A stretch of 64,000 nucleotides of DNA from Phycisphaerae bacterium (GCA_050115495.1 JASFQK010000022.1:35860-99859); one strand, 5' to 3'. Positions 29,501 to 38,524 are shown, numbered from the stretch's first letter. Notes: a model not told the origin generated them from the sequence alone. Numbers and translations are program-made.

Positions 29501-30414
29501 GTGTCTCTGCCCGGGCCAACTCCCTGGACGACCTGCGTCTGCACGGCGGCCGATTGAGTCGCCTGTGCGGTACGCGCTTGGAGGCGTTGGCGATCGACCG
29601 CCTGGCACAGGCTCAGGGTCTGGATTCGACGGCGCTCCTGCAGGCCCGGGCAACTGCACCGGAGGTGGCCGCCGCCGCGAAGCACTCACCCCGTTTCCTG
29701 CACCTCGCTACGCATGGGCTCCTCGGTGACGCGCAGCGGCCGTACGACGTAAGCCTTGCCTTGACTCAACCGAAAGTCCCCACGGCGGAGGACATCGGGT
29801 TCCTCCGGCTGGAGGAGTTAGTCGGCAACTGGCAGGGTCACTTGGCCAGGACCGAGCTCGTGACGCTCTCCGCCTGCCAAACGAACGTCGGCGAGCAACG
29901 CGGCGACAGCATGATCAGTCTGCCGTGGGGGTTCTTCTTCGCCGGCGCGCCAACTGTGGTAGCCAGCCTGTGGCAGGTGGACGACGAGGCGACAGCGCTC
30001 TTGATGCAGCGTTTCTACGAAAACCTGCTCGGCGCACATAACGACACGCGCTCCATCCGCGGCCGGAGCTATGGTGCCAACGAGGCCCTCACCAAACTGG
30101 ACGCGCTCGACGAAGCCAAGTTGTGGCTGCGCACGCTGACGCACGACGAAGCCCAGGCCGCCAGGGAACGCTTGTACGAATCGGCCGGCGAAGGGCCGAC
30201 CGACTGTGATGAGAAGCACGGCGATAGCCTGCTCGGCTGGTTGAGTGACCGAGGACGGCTGGCGCCGGCGGTTGCGGCGAACGACGTCGCCCGCCCCGCC
30301 GAACCGGTCGGCTTCGGCCTCGTCGATTGGGAGCTGCCGAAGTCCGAAGAAGAGCTGCCCTACGACCACCCGTATTTCTGGGCCCCGTTCGTCCTCATCG
30401 GGAGCCCGGAGTAA
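26548..30414 (+). CDS. PPC-TPR-CHAT protease with a possible signal peptide
   Basis: IGICLLLLVAAPPAPAQ; PPC-like DTYL..DDDGGADTDSRL; nine 42-aa TPRs; IIPDGPL, HLATHG (His), LSACQT (Cys), ASLWQVDD, HPYFWAPFVLIG. Confidence 0.9.
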   Translation: MRMTYCPQRDQIRTWRYAIRTSSIGICLLLLVAAPPAPAQETHLLKPGATIIIEGELTTADPHPNGSRPVDTYIVTVPGGPIAIDVYSSDVDTYLHVALEEDDGHLATIGDDDGGADTDSRLAFKLTHARIVCISVTSIGAGEYGRYRLLLTSGTPGGPFLPFHALATVLELQDDMDDRRQAFAEQDMRLLASTIASAEQIVAIRESHQADWPDGRGPWWELRDSELQVAELRRLQTRSAEETAELRDARIEFDIALESATPETAAEALRDADRSRLVMQCIMGDDHPDVLEALIYSGYALYSLHQYTDAEPYFREAMEKQRRVLGPDHPSTLLSVTLYGAVLARLDRPGEAEPYHREALEGRRRVLGSNHRDTVASLLDYAHLLHALGRDMEAQPYRRQALECKRRILGNEDPSTMASLYVYGVRVLALDCPMEAEPYLREALELRQSVLGYNHPDTLHSLDAYGLVMESLGRNAEALLYWRAAMDGRRRVLGEDHPLTLGSLEHYGSALWALDRPAQAEPYLRAAVEGRRRVLGELHPHTLRSLGRLGCLLRLLDRPTDAEPYCRQALEGWRQIRGDDDSEYLDSLADYGNLLHDLGRPAEARSCLRDALAGCRRTLGNNHPLTFSVLQSHVLGLHDTDDAGEVLSAYRELLEITERLRVETVATELQRAEKANEYDLAETGRYLAWLELDQGDCRLAHEAMERSTSRALLDLIERGREGAAKIVDPALLARIAAARERESETRQAVVSAEHRLATMRESLRRDAAGSGRRAEEVRMQRAEVERLRQLLSERTLAVFRLLRDAYPVARPLQASELQASLGADEAIVQFGWLNAGAALAMALDARHLEGGEIGVREPSVEALEASVEALKHDCATRGALAADDVRLRQLREGLFPSKVGEMIDAAKRVVIIPDGPLNGLPFGLLLPDKEVSYAASATMYVDRVRAARAQADTERSKAVLVVGDPDFGNAPAPTRTPSLDEPLERVSARANSLDDLRLHGGRLSRLCGTRLEALAIDRLAQAQGLDSTALLQARATAPEVAAAAKHSPRFLHLATHGLLGDAQRPYDVSLALTQPKVPTAEDIGFLRLEELVGNWQGHLARTELVTLSACQTNVGEQRGDSMISLPWGFFFAGAPTVVASLWQVDDEATALLMQRFYENLLGAHNDTRSIRGRSYGANEALTKLDALDEAKLWLRTLTHDEAQAARERLYESAGEGPTDCDEKHGDSLLGWLSDRGRLAPAVAANDVARPAEPVGFGLVDWELPKSEEELPYDHPYFWAPFVLIGSPE
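27390..28510 (+). repeat. Nine degenerate 126-nt (42-aa) kinesin-light-chain-type TPR repeats
   Basis: Periodic units: GDDHP, GPDHP, GSNHR, GNEDP, GYNHP, GEDHP, GELHP, GDDDS, GNNHP, most followed by an AEPY-like motif. Confidence 0.85.
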
Positions 30415-30712
30415 CGCACGCCGGCGAAGCCCGCCTTCCGCCGGAGGCACGCTCAGAAGCCGCTGTCCGCATCCAGTTCGAACACGTACTCGTCCGGCCT
30501 GCGGTTCGCACACAACGTGTCCTGGCAGGGCGCGAACGTCGCTGACGCCGGCGGATCGGGCGAGACTAGCCGTCGTGTGACGGGCCGGAGCGGCCGGCAG
30601 CAAACCGAAGCGCCCGGGGCGAGCGCGTACCCACGGCGAGCGCCCCATGCTACGATTCACCCCGTGGCCCGGGGCGAGAGCGTCGCTCAGCAGCACGAGG
30701 AGTACCGACGCG

Positions 30713-32032
30713 ATGACATCGCAGGTTGTCGTTTGCCTGCTCGGCGTATTGCTCGGCCTCCTTTCGCTTTTCGCGGCCTTGCGCGCCGGTCGCCGCCGCC
30801 GGCTCATTGACAATCTGCCCACCTCGAAGACTACCGGCGTCTTCATTGGCCAGGTCGAGCTCAAGGGTACTGCCGAGTCCGCACAGCCGCTCGTCAGCTA
30901 CCTCGCCGAGCGGCTGTGCGTGCATTACAAGTGGAGTGTCGACGAGCACTGGTCGCGAACCGTGACTGAGACGTACACCGACAGCGAGGGGAAGACCCAG
31001 ACCCGCACCCGCCACGAAAGCGGCTGGGAGACGGTCGCCAGCGGCGGCGAACAGAGCGTCTTCTATCTTCGCGACGACTGTGGCGTCGTCCTCGTCAACC
31101 CTGACCGTGCCGAAGTGGAGCCGGTAACGGTTTTCGAGACCACGTGCGACCGCGGAGACCCGCTCTACTACGCCAAAGGGCCGGCCCACGCCGTGAGCAA
31201 TTCCGATCACCGCCGCCGATTCTTCGAGGAAGCCATCCCACTGCACGCCCGCATCTACGTCATGGGTCCGGCACGCGAACGGGATGACGTCGTCGCGCCC
31301 GAGATCAGGTACCGACGTGACACCCCCCTGTTTCTGATCTCGACGCGCAGCGAAGCCCGCATCAGCGCCGGCCTGAACGTCCAGTTCTGGTGCTGCGGCG
31401 TGCTGTTCGTGGTGCTCTGCGCCGGTGGCGTGATCGGGTTGGACTACGGACACCAGGTCGTTCCGGCGGATCCGCTAACGTGGCAACTGACCGTCGTCGG
31501 CGCCGCCCTGGCGACGTGGGCGCTCGGCTGGCTCTGGATGGCGTACAACAGCATGGTCGGCCTCCGGCAGCGCGTGCGGCAGGCCTGGGCGAATGTCGAC
31601 GTGCAGCTCAAGCGGCGTAACGACCTGATCCCCAACTTGGTCCGCGCGGTCGAGGGCCTGCGGGATCACGAGCGTCACGTTCAGGCGGAGCTGGCCGAGC
31701 TGCGCAGCCAGTTGCTCGCGACGGCACCCGGCCAGGCGGGACCCGATCCGCGTGGCTGCGCCTCATTGCTGCGCGGCATCATCGAGCATTACCCGGAGCT
31801 GAAGGCCGACAAGGCGTTCATGAAGCTCCAACAGAACCTGATCGACACCGAGCAGCGTATCTCGCTGGCCCGCGGGTACTTCAACAGCATCGCCACGTTC
31901 TACAACACGCGGCTGCAAGTCATCCCCGATCGCTTCGTGGCGGCGATCAGCGTGATGAAGCCGCAGCCGCTCATCGCCGCCACCGACTTCGAGCGGGCCG
32001 CGGTGCATGTCAATCTGGTGAGCGGCGAGTAG
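30713..32032 (+). CDS. Membrane protein: GIDE-like domain fused to a C-terminal LemA domain
   Basis: TM, then NLPTSKT..G.VELKG, FYLRDDCG.VLVNP, EEAIP (GIDE-like); two TMs; YNSMV.LRQRV.QAWANVDVQLKRRNDLIPNLV, YPELKAD (LemA). Confidence 0.8.
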   Translation: MTSQVVVCLLGVLLGLLSLFAALRAGRRRRLIDNLPTSKTTGVFIGQVELKGTAESAQPLVSYLAERLCVHYKWSVDEHWSRTVTETYTDSEGKTQTRTRHESGWETVASGGEQSVFYLRDDCGVVLVNPDRAEVEPVTVFETTCDRGDPLYYAKGPAHAVSNSDHRRRFFEEAIPLHARIYVMGPARERDDVVAPEIRYRRDTPLFLISTRSEARISAGLNVQFWCCGVLFVVLCAGGVIGLDYGHQVVPADPLTWQLTVVGAALATWALGWLWMAYNSMVGLRQRVRQAWANVDVQLKRRNDLIPNLVRAVEGLRDHERHVQAELAELRSQLLATAPGQAGPDPRGCASLLRGIIEHYPELKADKAFMKLQQNLIDTEQRISLARGYFNSIATFYNTRLQVIPDRFVAAISVMKPQPLIAATDFERAAVHVNLVSGE

Positions 32033-32167
32033 CCGGCCCCGCCAGTCAAGCCGCCTTCCGAACATCACGCCGAGTGTGGCATGCCGCGTTCAGCGCGCAA
32101 CCCACCACTCCGTTGAACGGACGGTAGACGAACGGGCAGTTCCGTCCGTCGCGATGCGTCACGCCGT

Positions 32168-32228
32168 TTGACACGACGGCTTACCCGAGTATAGTGCCGT
32201 CGATATTACGGTCCGGAGAATCGTAATA
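32168..32228 (+). promoter_or_regulatory. Sigma70-like promoter and candidate operator of the hydrogenase operon
   Basis: TTGACA 32168-73, 16 bp, TATAGT 32190-95; inverted repeat TATTACG (32204-10) / CGTAATA (32222-28). Confidence 0.6.
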
Positions 32229-32266
32229 CTGACCGGCCAAATCAGCAAGCGGAAAGGACAAGCGAC

Positions 32267-32656
32267 ATGGCGAGGATCTTGATCGTGGATGACGACATCG
32301 ACCTCGTGGACGCGGTGCGTCTGATCCTGGAAAGGGACGGGCACCGGGTCGCGAGCGCCTCAAACCGTGAGGAAGGCATGCGTCAGGCGCTGGGAGACAA
32401 GCCGGACCTGCTGATTCTCGACATCATGATGGCCGCGCCGGATGACGGCATCGCCATGGCGCAGGAGCTGCGCAAAGCGGGTTTTGCCCAGCCGATCCTC
32501 ATGATGTCCAGTATTTCCCGAGCCACGGGCCTGTCCTACGGACGGGACGACGCCATCACGCCGGTCGATGACTTCGTGGACAAACCGGTCGCCCCGGACA
32601 CACTTCGGGCGAAGGTCCAGGCCCTACTGGGCGGTGCAAAGGAGGGGACATGCTAA
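32267..32656 (+). CDS. Single-domain response regulator
   Basis: ILIVDDD, PDLLILDIMM, MSS, DKP. Confidence 0.92.
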   Translation: MARILIVDDDIDLVDAVRLILERDGHRVASASNREEGMRQALGDKPDLLILDIMMAAPDDGIAMAQELRKAGFAQPILMMSSISRATGLSYGRDDAITPVDDFVDKPVAPDTLRAKVQALLGGAKEGTC

Positions 32657-33171
32657 GCATGCAACAGGATCGGCTGGCGGTGGAGATCGACGCGCTGGTG
32701 GATCGCCACGGCCGCGGGCGGTCCGCCCTGGTTCCGATTCTCCAGGATGTCCGGCGGCGCTACCACGCCATCAGTGACTTCGCGATGCAGACAGTGGCCG
32801 ACCGACTCAGCATACACCCCGTCGAGGTGTACGGTGTGGTGACGTTCTATGCCTTTCTGAGCGAGAAGCACCAGGGGCGGTTCGTCATTCGGCTATGCCG
32901 CACGGTCAGTTGTGACATGGCGGGCAAGGACGCGGTGGCGCGGCAACTCTGCAACGACCTGGGCATCGATTTCGGCGAGACCACGCGCGACGGGCGTTTC
33001 ACGCTGGAATGGGCCAACTGCATCGGCATGTGCGACCAGGGTCCGGCCCTGCTCGTTAACGACCAGGTCTTCACCCGCGTCACGCCGGAGAAGGTGCACG
33101 ACATCCTCACAGCGTGCGAACGGGCCTTCGGATCCCACGCTCTCCAGACCAAGGAGGAGCACGCACTATGA
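32650..33171 (+). CDS. NuoE-like [2Fe-2S] subunit of an NAD-linked [FeFe]-hydrogenase (HydC/HndA-like)
   Basis: VYGVVTFY, CRTVSC and CIGMC ligands. Confidence 0.92.
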   Translation: MLSMQQDRLAVEIDALVDRHGRGRSALVPILQDVRRRYHAISDFAMQTVADRLSIHPVEVYGVVTFYAFLSEKHQGRFVIRLCRTVSCDMAGKDAVARQLCNDLGIDFGETTRDGRFTLEWANCIGMCDQGPALLVNDQVFTRVTPEKVHDILTACERAFGSHALQTKEEHAL

Positions 33172-34364
33172 CCATCCGCAACGACATGACGCTCGCTGCC
33201 GTGGTGCCGAACGCCGGCCTGGCGGCAGCGCTGAAGATGGATCGCGCCGGCGTGATCGGCGAGATTCGCAACTCCGGGATGAAGGGGCGCGGCGGCGCCG
33301 GCTTTCCGACCGGGGTCAAGTGGAACCTCGCCGCCGGCGCGCGTGGCGAACGCAAGTTCGTCGTGTGCAACGCCGACGAAGGGGAACCCGGAACGTTCAA
33401 GGACCGCGTGATCCTCAGCGAGTGGCCCGACCTAGTCTTCGAGGGGATGACCATCGCCGGCTACGCCATCGGGGCGGCGGAGGGAATCCTGTACCTGCGC
33501 GGTGAATACAGCTACCTGCGGAAGGGACTGGAGGAATGCCTGGCCAAACGCCGAGCGGCAAAGCTGTTGGGAGCCGGCGCCGGCGGCAAGGAGGGCTTCT
33601 CCTTCGACATCCACCTGCACATGGGCTCTGGCGCGTACGTCTGCGGCGAGGAGACCGCGCTGATCGAGAGCCTGGAGGGCCATCGCGGCGAGGCGCGCAA
33701 CCGGCCCCCCTTCCCAGTGAACACGGGTCTCAACGGCATGCCGACGATCGTGAACAACGTGGAGACGTTCGCCTGGGCGAGCGCGGTCTTCGCCAAGGGC
33801 GCGGACTGGTTCAAGGGGATCGGGACGGAGAAATCGACCGGACCCAAGATGCTCAGCGTCTCGGGCGACGTCGAGCGTGCCGGCGTGTACCAGTTTCCGC
33901 TGGGGACGGCGGTACGGGACGTGCTGAAGGCCGCGGGCGGTGACGGTGCGAAGGCCGTGGTGATCGGCGGCGCGTCCGGCCACTGCGTGCCGGCGGACCA
34001 GTTCGACCGGGCCATCAGCTACGAGGACGTGGCCACGGGCGGCGCGGTGATCGTGTTCGGTCCAGAGCGGGACATGCTCGACGTGGCCGAGAACTTCCTC
34101 GAGTTCTTCGTGGACGAGTCCTGCGGGCAGTGCACGCCGTGCCGCATCGGGAACGTGAAGCTGCTCGAAGGCGTTCGCCGGCTGAAGCGCGGCGAATGCT
34201 CATCGGGGTATCTTCGCGAGCTGTGTGCCCTGGGCGAGACGATGCAGGTCGCCTCGAAATGCGGCCTGGGCCAGTCCAGCCCCAACGCGTTCCTTTCAAT
34301 CATTGAGCATTTCCGTCACGAGGTCCTGGGCCGGGCTTGCGCGACGATCGAGGCATGGGAGTAA
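33168..34364 (+). CDS. Short NuoF-like FMN/NAD-binding subunit (HydB/HndC-like)
   Basis: GRGGAGFPTG, NADEGEPGTFKDR, GAYVCGEETAL, NNVET, ESCGQCTPCR, CGLG; no extra ferredoxin domains. Confidence 0.93.
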   Translation: MTIRNDMTLAAVVPNAGLAAALKMDRAGVIGEIRNSGMKGRGGAGFPTGVKWNLAAGARGERKFVVCNADEGEPGTFKDRVILSEWPDLVFEGMTIAGYAIGAAEGILYLRGEYSYLRKGLEECLAKRRAAKLLGAGAGGKEGFSFDIHLHMGSGAYVCGEETALIESLEGHRGEARNRPPFPVNTGLNGMPTIVNNVETFAWASAVFAKGADWFKGIGTEKSTGPKMLSVSGDVERAGVYQFPLGTAVRDVLKAAGGDGAKAVVIGGASGHCVPADQFDRAISYEDVATGGAVIVFGPERDMLDVAENFLEFFVDESCGQCTPCRIGNVKLLEGVRRLKRGECSSGYLRELCALGETMQVASKCGLGQSSPNAFLSIIEHFRHEVLGRACATIEAWE

Positions 34365-34367
34365 ATC

Positions 34368-36314
34368 ATGAACAGAGACAAACCCTGCGCCGATGGAAGC
34401 TGCCGCGCCCCGACCAGCCAGCGTTCACAAGTGGTTGACGCCCCACGCAATACCGAAGAGATCGGTGCCCTGGTCAGCGTCAACATCGACGATCACGCCA
34501 TCAAGGTGCCCATCGGCACGACCATTCTGGAGGCAGCCAGGCAGATCGGCGTCCACATCCCGACGCTGTGCCACCACGACGACCTGTGCGTGGCCGGCGT
34601 GTGCCGCGTGTGCGTGGTGGAGGTCGAGGGGCAGCGGACGCTCCAGGCGAGCTGCGCCTACCCGATCACCCAGCCGATCACGGTCCGCACACACACACGC
34701 AAGGTGCGGCAGGCGCGGCGGCACATCATCGACCTGCTCCTATCCGAGCACTACGGTGAGTGCTACACCTGCTTCCGTAACAACAACTGCGAGCTCCAGG
34801 CGCTGGCCAAGGAGTACGGCGTCGACTTCTTCCGCTTCGGCCATCCGGACGAGCCGCGGCACGAGGTGGACCACTCGAGCTATGCCGTCGTGCGGGACAT
34901 GAACAAGTGCGTACTCTGCCGCCGCTGCGTGCGTACGTGCATCGACTTGCAGGAAGTCGGCGTGCTGGAAACCGTCGGCCGGGGCGACCAGACCACGATC
35001 TCGACGTACCTGGACAAGCCGCTGGCCGACGTAATCTGCATCAACTGCGGCCAGTGCATCAACCGTTGTCCGACAGGCGCCCTGCGGGCGAACGACCCGA
35101 CCGACGAAGTGTGGGCAGCCATCGATGACCCGACCAAGCACGTGGTTATCCAAACGGCGCCGAGCCCGCGGGCGGGCATTGGCGAGGAGTTCGACCTGGA
35201 GCCGGGCACGCCGATGACCTGGGAGATGAACACCGCCCTGCGGCGTTGCGGCTTCGACAAGGTCTTCGACACCAACTTCACCGCCGACCTGACCATCATC
35301 GAGGAAGGCACCGAGCTGATCCTGCGGCTGTACAAGAACCTGGTGCAGGGTGACGCCTCGCTGCCGCTGCCACAGTTCACGTCGTGCAGCCCGGGCTGGG
35401 TCAAGTACATCGAGCACTTCTATCCGGAATATCTGCCGCACGTTTCGAGCTGCAAAAGCCCGCAGCAGATGTTCGGGGCGCTCATCAAGACGTGGTACGC
35501 CCAGGTCAACCAGATCGATCCGGCGAACATCGTCTCCGTCGCCCTGATGCCGTGTGCGGCCAAGAAATTCGAGTGCAACCGCCCCGAGATGTGCGACAGC
35601 GGGCACAAGGACGTCGACTACGGGCTGACCACGCGCGAGCTGGCCCAGATGATCCGCGAAGCCGGCATCAACCTGCCCGAGATGCCCAAGAGCGATTTCG
35701 ACGACCCGTTTGGCACGGCCAGCGGCTCCGGCGTCATCTTCGGGGCGACCGGCGGGGTCATGGAGGCCGCGTTGCGCTCGGTCATTGAGTTCGTCACCGG
35801 CAAGAAGGTCGAGGACTTCTACAAGCACGCCGACATCGTACCGATCCGTGGCTTCGATGGCTGCCGGTACGTCGAGCTCACCATCCCGAATGAGGTCGGC
35901 CCCGTGCCCGGTCTGATTAAGCACCTTGTACCGAACTGGGACTGGCTCAAGGGCGCGACGCTCAAGGTCGGCGTCGCTCACGGCACCGCCAACGCCAGGA
36001 AGGTGATGGAAGACATCAAGGCTGGCGGCAAGTTCAGCGAGTGCCACTTCATCGAGTTCATGGCCTGTCCGGGCGGTTGCCTCGGCGGCGGCGGACAACC
36101 GATTCCGACCAGCCCGGCTATCCGCGCGGCCCGAGCCCGGGCGATCTACGCCGAGGACGCGGCCTACGGCGACGCCGGCAAGGCCCGCAAGAGCCACGAC
36201 AACCCGGCGGTGCTGCGCGTGTATGGAGAGTTTCTGATGGATGGCCCGTGCGGACATCAGAGCCATCACTTGCTGCACACGCACTATACGCCGCGTGGGA
36301 AGTACATCGGATGA
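34368..36314 (+). CDS. hydA: [FeFe]-hydrogenase catalytic subunit, group A (HydA/HndD-like)
   Basis: H-cluster motifs FTSCSPGW, MPCAAKKFE, EFMACPGGCLGGGGQP; N-terminal [2Fe-2S], His-ligated HYGECYTC and 2x[4Fe-4S]. Confidence 0.96.
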   Translation: MNRDKPCADGSCRAPTSQRSQVVDAPRNTEEIGALVSVNIDDHAIKVPIGTTILEAARQIGVHIPTLCHHDDLCVAGVCRVCVVEVEGQRTLQASCAYPITQPITVRTHTRKVRQARRHIIDLLLSEHYGECYTCFRNNNCELQALAKEYGVDFFRFGHPDEPRHEVDHSSYAVVRDMNKCVLCRRCVRTCIDLQEVGVLETVGRGDQTTISTYLDKPLADVICINCGQCINRCPTGALRANDPTDEVWAAIDDPTKHVVIQTAPSPRAGIGEEFDLEPGTPMTWEMNTALRRCGFDKVFDTNFTADLTIIEEGTELILRLYKNLVQGDASLPLPQFTSCSPGWVKYIEHFYPEYLPHVSSCKSPQQMFGALIKTWYAQVNQIDPANIVSVALMPCAAKKFECNRPEMCDSGHKDVDYGLTTRELAQMIREAGINLPEMPKSDFDDPFGTASGSGVIFGATGGVMEAALRSVIEFVTGKKVEDFYKHADIVPIRGFDGCRYVELTIPNEVGPVPGLIKHLVPNWDWLKGATLKVGVAHGTANARKVMEDIKAGGKFSECHFIEFMACPGGCLGGGGQPIPTSPAIRAARARAIYAEDAAYGDAGKARKSHDNPAVLRVYGEFLMDGPCGHQSHHLLHTHYTPRGKYIG

Positions 36315-37420
36315 GCGCGTGGACCGCGACAGGAACATCGACCGTCTCCGCGCTACCCCTGCCGGCGGATGAGTCGCCCAAACACTACGTGGTCACGGGT
36401 GGTGCCGGTTTTCTCGGCATCAATCTGGTGCGGTACCTGCTCGCCCGCGGGCACCACGTCACCTCACTGGACCTGGCCCCGTTTGACTATGAGGATTGCC
36501 GGGCGCGGATTCGCGAGATACGCGGCGACGTTCGCGACCGGAAGACCGTCGACGAGGCGGTGCGCGGCGCGCAGATCGTAGTGCATTGCGCCGCGGCGCT
36601 GCCGTTGTATTCGCCAGAAGACATCCGCTCCACCGATGTGGAGGGTACGCGCCACGTGCTGGAGGCCGCCCGCGAGGCCGGTTGCCAGCGCGTGGTTCAC
36701 GTCTCCTCCACGGCCGTATACGGCATTCCCGATCACCATCCGCTGATCGAGGATGACCGGCTGGACGGCGTGGGACCGTACGGACAGGCGAAGGTCGACG
36801 CCGAGGCCGTGTGTAGCGAGATGCGTGCTCGCCATGGTATGTGCATACCCATCATCCGTCCCAAGAGCTTTGTTGGCCCGGAACGACTGGGCGTCTTCGC
36901 GCTTTTCTATGACTGGGCCAGGGAGGGCCGCGGGTTTCCGATGATCGGTTCCGGGCGCAACCGCTACCAACTGCTCGATGTGGACGACCTCTGCGATGCG
37001 ATCTACCTCTGCTGTACGCTGGAGCGTGAACGCGTCAACGACGTCTTCAACGTCGGGGCGAGCGAATACCTCACGATGCGCGAGGACTACCAGGCCGTTC
37101 TGGACCGTGCCGGTTTCGGAAAGCGTGTGATCGGTTTTCCGGCCACGCCGATGATCTGGGTTCTGCGTCTGCTCGAACTGCTGCGGTTGAGCCCGCTGTA
37201 CAAGTGGGTCTACGAGACGGCCTCGAAGGACTCCTTCGTGTCGATCGAGCAGGCGCAGGCTGTGCTAGGCCTCCAACCGAAGTTCAGCAATCGCGACGCC
37301 CTGGTGCGCAACTACGAGTGGTACCTGGAGAATCTCGCGAAGTTCCGTGGCGCCAGCGGCATCTCGCATCGCGTGCCCTGGAAACAGGGCATCCTGCGAC
37401 TGGCCAAGGCCTTCTTCTGA
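36311..37420 (+). CDS. NAD-dependent epimerase/dehydratase (extended SDR)
   Basis: VTGGAGFLG, SSTAVYG, YGQAK; ATGA overlap with the hydA stop. Confidence 0.9.
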   Translation: MSAWTATGTSTVSALPLPADESPKHYVVTGGAGFLGINLVRYLLARGHHVTSLDLAPFDYEDCRARIREIRGDVRDRKTVDEAVRGAQIVVHCAAALPLYSPEDIRSTDVEGTRHVLEAAREAGCQRVVHVSSTAVYGIPDHHPLIEDDRLDGVGPYGQAKVDAEAVCSEMRARHGMCIPIIRPKSFVGPERLGVFALFYDWAREGRGFPMIGSGRNRYQLLDVDDLCDAIYLCCTLERERVNDVFNVGASEYLTMREDYQAVLDRAGFGKRVIGFPATPMIWVLRLLELLRLSPLYKWVYETASKDSFVSIEQAQAVLGLQPKFSNRDALVRNYEWYLENLAKFRGASGISHRVPWKQGILRLAKAFF

Positions 37421-37443
37421 GGTGGCCGGCGCAAAGGTGTGCG

Positions 37444-38397
37444 ATGATTGCGATAACCGGGGCAACGGGCTTCATCGGCTCCAACCTTGCCCAGCGTCTG
37501 GCACGTGACGGCGCTGACCTGCTCCTCGTGGACCCAGACGCCTCGCCGGAAAGACTGGCGAATCTGAGAGGAGTTCCGGTCAGCGCCGTCGTGCCACCCG
37601 ACGAGTTCCTTCAGCAACTTGAATCGGGCGGCGCCGCGCCGTACACGGTGTTCCACCTCGGGGCATGCAGCAGCACGATTGAGGTGGACTGGAACTTCCT
37701 CGCCGAGAACAACATCCACTATTCGCAGCGTCTCTGGCGCTGGTGTGCCGCGCACGAACGCCCTTTCATCTACGCCTCCAGCGCCGCCACATATGGCGAT
37801 GGGAGCCGTGGTTTCGATGACCGTACGCCGCCGGCGTCTCTCCAGCCGCTGAACCTGTACGGCAAGAGCAAGAACGACTTCGACGCCTGGGCGCTGGCGG
37901 AGACAGCAGCCGCACGGCCAGCGCCGCCGCGGTGGGCGGGGCTTAAGTTCTTCAATGTGTACGGCCCCCGCGAGCTGCACAAGGGGCGTATGGCCAGCGT
38001 CGTCTGGCATGCCCGCCGGCAGATCATCGAGACGGGTGAGATGCGGCTATTTCGCTCCAACGACCCGGCCATTGCTGACGGCGAGCAACGCCGGGACTTC
38101 GTGTTCGTTGAGGACTGCATCGACCACATGCTGTGGCTCTGGAGAAATGCGGCCCCCAACGCCATCTACAATTCCGGCACTGGCGCAGCGCGTACGTTTC
38201 TCGACCTGACACATGCCGTGTTCTCAACGCTGGGCCGAGAACCACGCATCGTGTTCATCGATATGCCAGCGGATGTGGCGGGGCAGTACCAGAACTGCAC
38301 GCAGGCCGACATGACTCGGCTGCGTCAGGCTGGGTACAACCGCCCCCCCCCCACCACGCTCGAAGAGGGTGTCGCGAGGACGCTCAGCGAACGATGA
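37444..38397 (+). CDS. hldD: ADP-L-glycero-D-manno-heptose 6-epimerase
   Basis: ITGATGFIGSN, FHLGACSST, YASSAATYG, PLNLYGKSK, FFNVYGPRE.HKGRMASV, RDFVFVED. Confidence 0.9.
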   Translation: MIAITGATGFIGSNLAQRLARDGADLLLVDPDASPERLANLRGVPVSAVVPPDEFLQQLESGGAAPYTVFHLGACSSTIEVDWNFLAENNIHYSQRLWRWCAAHERPFIYASSAATYGDGSRGFDDRTPPASLQPLNLYGKSKNDFDAWALAETAAARPAPPRWAGLKFFNVYGPRELHKGRMASVVWHARRQIIETGEMRLFRSNDPAIADGEQRRDFVFVEDCIDHMLWLWRNAAPNAIYNSGTGAARTFLDLTHAVFSTLGREPRIVFIDMPADVAGQYQNCTQADMTRLRQAGYNRPPPTTLEEGVARTLSER

Positions 38398-38524
38398 CCA
38401 GGCAACAAAGGCCGCCGGCGTCGGCTTCGGCACGTACTCATCGAATGCAGAGCATCCCTTCGCGCGGCGATCCGCGCCGGGGCCGGACTCGAATCCGCTG
38501 CCAGGGACGAGAGGGATTTCGGCT

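Noticed and set aside
30453..30545. Minus-strand fragment ending TLCANRRPDEYVFELDADSGF, faintly like a nitrilase-family C-terminus
   Set aside because: Too short to support a family call without a search.
32650..34364. nuoE/nuoF of respiratory complex I
   Set aside because: They are followed by an H-cluster protein and no other nuo genes, so they are hydrogenase diaphorase subunits.
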